Positions 57,782 to 64,000 of a DNA stretch of 64,000 nt are shown one piece after another. Each line of letters starts with the position of its first letter. Positions within the stretch are counted from its first letter, which is position 1. The position numbers were made by a program, and so were the translations under genes. Below the pieces are notes generated by a model that searched no databases, was not told where the DNA came from, and was given only the letters and a program-made list of their open reading frames with translations. Source of the DNA: a virus; the IMG/VR virus record IMGVR_UViG_3300031957_002603, positions 32,001-96,000 of that record. One strand, written 5' to 3'.

Positions 57782-58333
57782 ATGGAATTACAACGAGTTA
57801 TTTTTGGTATTGACGTCAGTACCTCGCGGATCGGCATCTCCGCTGTAACAACAGATGAGAAATTGGTGTTTGCGGACACCATCACATATAAAAGAAAAGA
57901 TCTATCGCTTGAAGACAAAGCACACATCTTTGAGAACACTCTCGGCAAGATCATGCAGGTTGAACGACTTCACCCTCTTGCTGTGTTTGTTGAGGAACCC
58001 TTCACGGCATTTGCCGGAGGCAAGACAACCGCTAATACAATGGCGAAACTCCAGAGGTTCAACGGCATGTGCTGCTATGCTATTCACAAAAGCATCTTCA
58101 ATCTTTCAGCCCAGTTGCTCCCAGCACGAATCTGTCGCTCTCTCAACGAGATCAAGATTCCCCGAGGATCCAATACAAAGAAATTAATTATTGATTGGGT
58201 CTCCGCAAAATACCCAAAAGACTTCACATACGAGTTGACGAGACACGGCAATCCAAAGCCGGGCACGGATGATAAGGCGGATGCTGTTGTTGTTGCTTTA
58301 GCAGGGTTAAAGAAGTATAAAAGCACTATTTAA
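57782..58333 (+). CDS. ruvC: RuvC-like Holliday junction resolvase
   Basis: IFGIDVSTSRIG, VFVEEP, DDKADAVVVA; ATG 57782 chosen because the TTG start is the -35 box. Confidence 0.8.
   Translation: MELQRVIFGIDVSTSRIGISAVTTDEKLVFADTITYKRKDLSLEDKAHIFENTLGKIMQVERLHPLAVFVEEPFTAFAGGKTTANTMAKLQRFNGMCCYAIHKSIFNLSAQLLPARICRSLNEIKIPRGSNTKKLIIDWVSAKYPKDFTYELTRHGNPKPGTDDKADAVVVALAGLKKYKSTI
58325..58332 (+). promoter_or_regulatory. Candidate late promoter ACTATTTA
   Basis: 33 nt upstream of ATG 58366, followed by GAGGAG SD. Confidence 0.55.
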
Positions 58334-58365
58334 TAACAGATGATTCATTTTGAGGAGATAAAAAA

Positions 58366-58695
58366 ATGAAACTTACAACTGCTAAATTACGACAGATGAT
58401 CAAAGAAGAGTTGGAAGCCACTCTCAACGAAAAGAGAAACACTTATCCAACCGCAAACTGGAAGCAAGAAGCCCTTGCGGCAATTGAAGACGAAGGTATG
58501 AGACCTTCTGCCGGTTTGAAAAGACACATCGCCAAGATGCCTAAGAAACTTGACTTGCGAGATATGTCCGCTTTGGAAGATTGGTTTGGCAAATACAAAG
58601 AATTGCGAGGCAAAATCAAAGGCCACGGCACCGTTGGAAGTTTTGACGACCTTGTCGCAGACATCAAATCAGCATCAGGTTATAATCCCGGATAA
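58366..58695 (+). CDS. Small putative head/internal virion protein with MKLT..LRQMIKEE leader
   Basis: GAGGAG SD; N-terminal amphipathic helix ending in LNE; preceded by late-type motif. Confidence 0.65.
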   Translation: MKLTTAKLRQMIKEELEATLNEKRNTYPTANWKQEALAAIEDEGMRPSAGLKRHIAKMPKKLDLRDMSALEDWFGKYKELRGKIKGHGTVGSFDDLVADIKSASGYNPG

Positions 58696-58704
58696 ACTTT
58701 TTTC

Positions 58705-58733
58705 TTGACAAATCATTTGTGCTGTGTTATCTT
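58705..58733 (+). promoter_or_regulatory. sigma70-type promoter for primase
   Basis: TTGACA 58705-58710, 17 nt, TG-n-TATCTT 58728-58733. Confidence 0.75.
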
Positions 58734-58752
58734 ATATACATCGAGGCACAAC

Positions 58753-59688
58753 ATGAACGAAAAAATCAAAATCATCAACAACATTCTGGGCTCTGCCCGC
58801 AGAGTCAAAGACGAGCATCTTTACCACTGCCCTTTCTGTAAACACCACAAGAAGAAAATGTCGGTGAACTTCGCAAAGAATTATTTCAAATGCTGGGTAT
58901 GTGATGCGAGAGGTAAGAACATTTACCGAATCGTCCGTCGCTTTGGAACCTACGATCAACGACAAAAGTGGCTCCAACTTGACGGACGACTTGATCTCTC
59001 CGAGTTTGATAAGTTCTTCGCCGAGATCAACGAGAAAGAAATAAAGCAAACAATCTCTCTTCCCGATGAGTTTGTTTCGCTTTGTAATAAGAATCTTCCA
59101 ATGTCCTCAGCCAAAGCGCTTGAGTATCTTAGATCCCGAGGAATAACAAAAAAAGAAATCCTTGATTGGAAGATTGGCTATGCCACAGGAGGCAAGTATG
59201 GTGGCCGCATCATTATCCCAAGTTTTAATTGGGATGGTAATTCTAATTACTTTATTGCTCGCTCTTTTGTGGGTCATCAAAGACGATATCTAAATCCTCC
59301 CGTTGGAAGAGATGTTGTCTTTAATGAACTATTTATTGACTGGGATGAAGACATTAACATTGTCGAGGGTGTCTTCGATGCGATTGTCGCAGGTCCCAAC
59401 AGCATACCAATCTTGGGGTCAACTTTGCGAGAAAACTCCCGCTTATTTCAACAAATTGTAATGAATGATACTCCGGTCTATCTTGCCTTAGATAAAGATG
59501 CGGAGACCAAAAGGAACTGGATTATCAAGTCCTTTTTGAGGTACGACATTGAATTATACGTTGTTGATACATCGGGATGTGAAGACATTGGCTCAATGTC
59601 TCAAGAAGAGTTCATTCTTCGCAAATCCCAAGCAAGACCAGCAGATTTGGATGAGATTTTAATTTTCGACAAATTGAAGGCGATATGA
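58753..59688 (+). CDS. dnaG: DNA primase (Zn finger + TOPRIM)
   Basis: CPFC...CWVC, YLRSRGI, GRIIIP, VEGVFDA, LALDKDA; ATG 58753 after GAGG. Confidence 0.9.
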   Translation: MNEKIKIINNILGSARRVKDEHLYHCPFCKHHKKKMSVNFAKNYFKCWVCDARGKNIYRIVRRFGTYDQRQKWLQLDGRLDLSEFDKFFAEINEKEIKQTISLPDEFVSLCNKNLPMSSAKALEYLRSRGITKKEILDWKIGYATGGKYGGRIIIPSFNWDGNSNYFIARSFVGHQRRYLNPPVGRDVVFNELFIDWDEDINIVEGVFDAIVAGPNSIPILGSTLRENSRLFQQIVMNDTPVYLALDKDAETKRNWIIKSFLRYDIELYVVDTSGCEDIGSMSQEEFILRKSQARPADLDEILIFDKLKAI

Positions 59689-59888
59689 AATTAGAACTAG
59701 GCGATTTGGTTCAACTTAATCAACAACGAGCATTAGGCAAATGGTATCTCCCAGAACTCCCCATCGAAGGAATGGGAGTTGTTGTTGACATACATGGTTT
59801 GCAGATTTGGGTTTACTGGATCAGAAAAGGTCGGATAACTCAACTACCAAGAAATTTATTAATCAAAATACTTGACAAGAATGACTAA
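59685..59888 (+). CDS. Small hypothetical protein (SH3-like, 'GDLV' type)
   Basis: LGDLVQ...GMGVVVD...WVYW; ATGA coupling to primase. Confidence 0.65.
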   Translation: MKLELGDLVQLNQQRALGKWYLPELPIEGMGVVVDIHGLQIWVYWIRKGRITQLPRNLLIKILDKND

Positions 59889-59900
59889 ACAAGTTATATT
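59872..59900 (+). promoter_or_regulatory. sigma70-type promoter for lipoprotein genes
   Basis: TTGACA 59872-59877, 17 nt, TATATT 59895-59900. Confidence 0.75.
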
Positions 59901-59930
59901 GTATACACTCAAAAACAAAAAGGAGACGTT

Positions 59931-60107
59931 ATGAGTATTATGTTATTTAGCATGCTTTGGGCATGTTCAGGAAAATCTGAAGAAGATTCTGCTGTTGAAG
60001 CACAGCCCGCCTCAGAGCCCGCTGAAGAACCAGCAGATTCAGGATCTGAACCAGAAGACACGGCCAGTGAGCCGGAAGATACAGCAGAAGATTCAGGAGG
60101 TGAATAA
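59931..60107 (+). CDS. Small acidic putative lipoprotein 1 (58 aa), not in ORF track
   Basis: AGGAG SD; MSIMLFSMLWAC-SGKSEEDSAVEAQPASEPAEEPADSGSEPEDTASEPEDTAEDSGGE*. Confidence 0.75.
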   Translation: MSIMLFSMLWACSGKSEEDSAVEAQPASEPAEEPADSGSEPEDTASEPEDTAEDSGGE

Positions 60108-60319
60108 TGAATATGCTACTATCATTTCTAATTGCTTGTGGTGGCGACACCGCAGAAACGACCGAGGTTGTAAATACCACGGCAACGGTAACCGAAGATG
60201 GTGTTGAGGTAGTCGAAACGACGACGACCGAAAATACCACAACGGAAGAAGTCACGACGGATAATACGACGACTACCGAGACAACTGAAAATACAGAAAC
60301 TACGAACGGAAACGAGTAG
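60107..60319 (+). CDS. Small Thr/Glu-rich putative lipoprotein 2
   Basis: GGAGG SD; MNMLLSFLIAC-GG then TTE/ENT repeats. Confidence 0.75.
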   Translation: MNMLLSFLIACGGDTAETTEVVNTTATVTEDGVEVVETTTTENTTTEEVTTDNTTTTETTENTETTNGNE

Positions 60320-60330
60320 TTCATAGGGTT

Positions 60331-60361
60331 AGCGGCTCCCTCCAAAAGCCGCTTTTCTTTT
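60331..60361 (+). terminator. Hairpin with T-tract (intrinsic terminator or regulatory RNA element)
   Basis: AGCGGCT / CCCTCCAAA loop / AGCCGCT followed by TTTCTTTT. Confidence 0.7.
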
Positions 60362-60372
60362 ATGGAGGACGA

Positions 60373-60531
60373 ATGATTTTATTTTTACTTTTTGCTTGTC
60401 AGGAGCCTGATTGCGGTGAAGATGAGGCACAACCAGCAAGACAATGGAATGTCCCACAAATGCATTCCACCGGCGGTTCTTTCGAGACCGGCGAACCACT
60501 AGACACTGCTTACGATACCGGAGGTGAATAA
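60373..60531 (+). CDS. Small acidic putative lipoprotein 3 (52 aa), not in ORF track
   Basis: GGAGG SD; MILFLLFAC-QEPDCGEDE...LDTAYDTGGE*; TAATG overlap with thioredoxin. Confidence 0.7.
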   Translation: MILFLLFACQEPDCGEDEAQPARQWNVPQMHSTGGSFETGEPLDTAYDTGGE

Positions 60532-60848
60532 TGGATTATATAGCAGATGGCGATTTCGCCAACAAGACGAGCCAAGGAATTGTGCTCGTTGATTTTTATG
60601 CGACATGGTGTATGCCATGCTTGAGAATGGAGAAGCAAGTTGAAGATTTTGCTTCAAGTAACTCAAACGTATCGGTTTACAAATATGATGTTGACCGAGG
60701 AGTTCAAATTTGGAATGAGGTCAAAAAGAAACACAATGTTCGATCTATTCCTTTTGTTGTAATTTACAAAGACGGAGAACCGGTAGCAGCCGAGGTTGGT
60801 TACAAATCTTCTGAAGAATTACAAAAAATACTTGACAACATTACCTAA
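60531..60848 (+). CDS. trxA: Thioredoxin
   Basis: LVDFYATWCMPC, DVD, VRSIP cis-Pro loop. Confidence 0.9.
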   Translation: MDYIADGDFANKTSQGIVLVDFYATWCMPCLRMEKQVEDFASSNSNVSVYKYDVDRGVQIWNEVKKKHNVRSIPFVVIYKDGEPVAAEVGYKSSEELQKILDNIT

Positions 60849-60860
60849 ACGTGATACAAT
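60832..60860 (+). promoter_or_regulatory. sigma70-type promoter for Mre11-Rad50 gene
   Basis: TTGACA 60832-60837, 17 nt, TG-n-TACAAT 60855-60860; AGGAGG SD follows. Confidence 0.8.
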
Positions 60861-60878
60861 AATACAAAAGGAGGGCTT

Positions 60879-63800
60879 ATGCTCATTGCACACATTTCAG
60901 ACACACACATTAGAAACCTTAAATATCACTACGAATACCGTCAGGCGTTCGAAGATCTTTACGATAAGTTGCGAGACCAACGTCCGGACATTATTGTTCA
61001 CACAGGCGACATCGCACACACCAAGACTCAACTGTCACCAGAATACTTTGAGTTGACTTCAGAGTTTCTCAATACGTTGGCCAACATTGCTCCGCTCTAT
61101 GTTATCTTAGGCAACCATGACGGTAATCTTAAGAACTCTGAGCGACAAGATGCAATTACGCCAATCGTTGAGGCTCTTCAGAATAACAACATTCATCTTC
61201 TCAAAGACTCGGGCGAAGTCGAAGTAAACGATGAGGTAACACTAAATGTTCTCTCGGTGTTTGACCGAGATAATTGGAAAGAGCCCTCCGACCCTTCGAA
61301 GATAAATGTTGCTCTTTATCACGGCTCAATCTCCGGTTGTGAGACGGGCCAAGGCTTTACGATTCAGCAAGGCGATGATACGGCCTCAATTTTCAAGGGC
61401 TTTGACTTTGCTATGCTTGGGGACATCCATAAGCGACAGCAAATGGATACCGAGGGACGTGTTTTTTACGCAGGGAGCACTATCCAGCAGAATTTCGGAG
61501 AATCTCTCCGCAAAGGCTATTTGCTTTGGAATATTCACTCAAAAGACGATTGGGCAGTTGAGTTCCATGCCTTACGTAACCCTCGCCCCTTTATATCAAT
61601 CTATCTTGATCGCAATGGGGACTTGCCAGAGACTCACGTTCCTCGCAATGCTTACCTTCGCATTGTCTCGCAGTACGACCTTCCGCTTACCAAGTTGCGC
61701 CAAGCAGTTGACGCAGCAGAGGTAAAGTGGCGTCCTTACTCAACGACCTATGTCAACAAAGGAACCAAAGGATCACGCTCTGCTAAAAGCATGATTGCTG
61801 ATGGCCGCTTTGATAATCTCCGAGACATCAAGGTTCAAGAAGAACTAATTCAAGAATATCTTGTCGGCAAAGAACTAGACGACGGTGTTATGGAGAAGAT
61901 TCTCGAACACAACCGTGTCTACAATCGTAAAGCCGAGGAACAAGAAGAAGTTTCCAGAAATGTTATTTGGTCTATTAAAGAGATGCAATGGGACAATCTC
62001 TTCAATTACGGAGAGAAAAACCGCCTAAACTTTGAGAACCTCAACGGTATTGTAGGTATCTTTGGCAAAAACTATTCAGGGAAGTCATCAATTATCGACT
62101 CGGCTCTCTACACCATATTCAATACGACCTCGAAAGGTGAGCGTAAAAATATTCACATTCTTAACCAGAATAAGAACAAAGCGCTCGGCCGTATTGACAT
62201 TCAAATCGGTGAGAATACTTACCGGATTACCCGCAATCTGGACAAAAATGTATCGTCCTCCGGTAATGTGACTGCTAAGGTTGACTTGGACTTTGCTGTC
62301 TTTGATGGAAAAGACTGGCAGTCGCTTAACGGGACAACCAGAAATCAAACTGATGCAAACATCCGCAAGCACTTTGGAACGATCGAGGACTTTCTTTTGA
62401 CCTCGATGGCTTCTCAGATGGACTCTCTGTCCTTTGTGAAAGAGGGCTCAACCAAGCGGAAAGAGATTCTTGCTAAGTTTCTTGACCTCGATTTATTCGA
62501 TTCCAAGTTCAAACTTGCGAAGAAAGACCTCGCAGAGCAAAAGTCTGTGATCAAGCATCTCCGTTCAATGAATTGGGATCTTGAGATTGCAAAGAAGAAA
62601 GATATTCTTGACGACATTGAGATTGACATCAAAGAGAACACAACTCGGTGTCAAGAAATTGAAATTGAACTTAAAGGAATCACAGCACAACTTGCTGAGA
62701 TCAATGAATCAATTGACGCAATTCCTGCTGAGATTATTGACATTGACTCGATAAACAAGTCCATCAAGCAAAAGCGAGAATCAACAAGGTCGCTAACCTC
62801 CAAAAATCGCTTGTTAGAGTCCAAAATTGACGTTAATAAGCAAACTTTTGAGAAGGTCGCTGCCTTCATTGAGTCATTCGACCTTAATGTCCTAACGGAA
62901 CAAAAAGAAGAGCATAATCGGCTTCTATCTCTCAAATCTTCAAATTGTGACGGTGTTCGTACACTATCCACCACAATTTCAAACGAGAAGAAGAAAATCA
63001 AACTGCTTGACGGCATTCCATGTGGTGATTCATTCCCAAGTTGTAAATTCATTGCCGATGCTGTGATTGCTCGCAATGGCTTGGAGTCTCTCAACGAGCG
63101 AATGACAAATCTTCAGTTGACGGTCGACAACATTGAAGCGCAGATCACCGATCTAAACATCGAGGACATTGAAGATAAAATAAAATCTTTCAATCAAATC
63201 GTTACCGACCGTGATGATCTTGCTTCTAAGATTGAGCGAGACAACTATGTTTTGGAGAACAACAGAAAGCAAATTCAACTGAACGATGCCATGCTCGAAA
63301 CTCTTCTGGCAACTCAGGCTGTCTATGAAGAGAACAGAGAGGCAATTGAGAACAAAGAACTGTTTATATCAAAACGAGATAAATATGCTCAAGCACAAGC
63401 CCGTCTTCAGCGAGAGCAGAAGAAATGCGAATCAATGCTCCAAGAGTATTATATCGAAAAAGGCTCCACTCAACAAGCCATCGCTGGTTACGAGGATCAA
63501 AAGCGACAGTTAGAAGAAAAAGAACGTGAGTTTATTGCACACGATTTGTTCTTGCAATGCATGCATCCCAATGGCATAGCCTACAATGTTATTCGTCAAA
63601 TGTTGCCGATTATTAACGAAGAAATAGCCAAAGTGCTTACATCTATTGTTGACTTCGAGGTGTTCTTTGTAGATAACGGAAAGTCGCTAGATATCATGCT
63701 CAAACATCCAAAGTATGATGCGCGACCTTTGTCTATGGGCTCGGGTGCCGAGAAGACTCTTTCTGCGATGGCGATACGTTTGGCTTTGATTTCAATAACC

Positions 63801-64000
63801 AATTTGCCCAAAAGCGAACTATTTATATTAGACGAACCTGCTACTGCTTTGGATCAAGAGCACATGGATGGATTTGTCAAGATGCTCGAGATGATTAAAT
63901 CTCAATTCAAGACTGTCTTGCTTATCTCGCACCTTGATTCTCTTAAAGATTGTGCTGATTTAACGATCGATATCCAAAAGCAAAATGGTTACGCGAGGGT
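60879..64000 (+). CDS. Mre11/SbcD nuclease - Rad50/SbcC ATPase fusion (runs off window; absent from ORF track)
   Basis: One frame from ATG 60879: HISDTH, HTGDIAH, LGNHD, LGDIH, YAGS; then Walker A GKNYSGKSS (62064), coiled coil, SGAE (63741), Walker B FILDEP, LISH. Confidence 0.9.
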   Translation, partial: MLIAHISDTHIRNLKYHYEYRQAFEDLYDKLRDQRPDIIVHTGDIAHTKTQLSPEYFELTSEFLNTLANIAPLYVILGNHDGNLKNSERQDAITPIVEALQNNNIHLLKDSGEVEVNDEVTLNVLSVFDRDNWKEPSDPSKINVALYHGSISGCETGQGFTIQQGDDTASIFKGFDFAMLGDIHKRQQMDTEGRVFYAGSTIQQNFGESLRKGYLLWNIHSKDDWAVEFHALRNPRPFISIYLDRNGDLPETHVPRNAYLRIVSQYDLPLTKLRQAVDAAEVKWRPYSTTYVNKGTKGSRSAKSMIADGRFDNLRDIKVQEELIQEYLVGKELDDGVMEKILEHNRVYNRKAEEQEEVSRNVIWSIKEMQWDNLFNYGEKNRLNFENLNGIVGIFGKNYSGKSSIIDSALYTIFNTTSKGERKNIHILNQNKNKALGRIDIQIGENTYRITRNLDKNVSSSGNVTAKVDLDFAVFDGKDWQSLNGTTRNQTDANIRKHFGTIEDFLLTSMASQMDSLSFVKEGSTKRKEILAKFLDLDLFDSKFKLAKKDLAEQKSVIKHLRSMNWDLEIAKKKDILDDIEIDIKENTTRCQEIEIELKGITAQLAEINESIDAIPAEIIDIDSINKSIKQKRESTRSLTSKNRLLESKIDVNKQTFEKVAAFIESFDLNVLTEQKEEHNRLLSLKSSNCDGVRTLSTTISNEKKKIKLLDGIPCGDSFPSCKFIADAVIARNGLESLNERMTNLQLTVDNIEAQITDLNIEDIEDKIKSFNQIVTDRDDLASKIERDNYVLENNRKQIQLNDAMLETLLATQAVYEENREAIENKELFISKRDKYAQAQARLQREQKKCESMLQEYYIEKGSTQQAIAGYEDQKRQLEEKEREFIAHDLFLQCMHPNGIAYNVIRQMLPIINEEIAKVLTSIVDFEVFFVDNGKSLDIMLKHPKYDARPLSMGSGAEKTLSAMAIRLALISITNLPKSELFILDEPATALDQEHMDGFVKMLEMIKSQFKTVLLISHLDSLKDCADLTIDIQKQNGYAR

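Noticed and set aside
59947-60345. 132-aa Val/Ser-rich minus-strand ORF
   Set aside because: Antisense of the Thr/Glu-rich lipoprotein genes, which have SDs and a promoter on the + strand.
60796-63811. Short ORFs listed in the track across the last 3 kb
   Set aside because: Out-of-frame or antisense to the Mre11-Rad50 ORF, which the track missed because it lacks a stop within the window.
1-64000. Stop-codon reassignment, introns, inteins or tRNAs
   Set aside because: Multi-kb ORFs are intact in the standard code, all three stops end genes, intergenic gaps are tiny, and no intein, homing-endonuclease or cloverleaf signatures were recognised by eye.

Overview
A 64-kb segment of a large contractile-tailed (myovirus-like, probably jumbo) bacteriophage genome. 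All credible genes are on the + strand and tightly packed. Four blocks: (1) 1-865, end of an upstream gene and a Cas4-like PD-(D/E)XK nuclease. (2) 937-20639, a ~20-kb glycan cluster with several glycosyltransferases, WecB, a UDP-sugar dehydrogenase, ColD/ColC-like colitose enzymes, RmlB, DegT, WbqC, acyl- and methyltransferases, a PhyH dioxygenase and NadE. (3) 20641-57756, small genes, a T4 gp55-like late sigma factor and a ~35-kb baseplate/tail module (M15-peptidase hub, spike, 2672-aa protein, gp25, gp6, LamG giant, tail-collar-like paralogues). (4) 57782-64000, RuvC, primase, three tiny acidic lipoproteins, thioredoxin and a single-ORF Mre11-Rad50 fusion running off the end. Two promoter classes are readable: six sigma70-type promoters before non-structural genes, and an ACTA(A/T)TTA motif before virion genes. 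Main hypothesis: a phage-encoded virion glycosylation system whose sequon may be the [S/T]-[G/A]-S tripeptide, which is enriched in a subset of tail proteins. All calls come from motif recognition by eye; no database searches were run.
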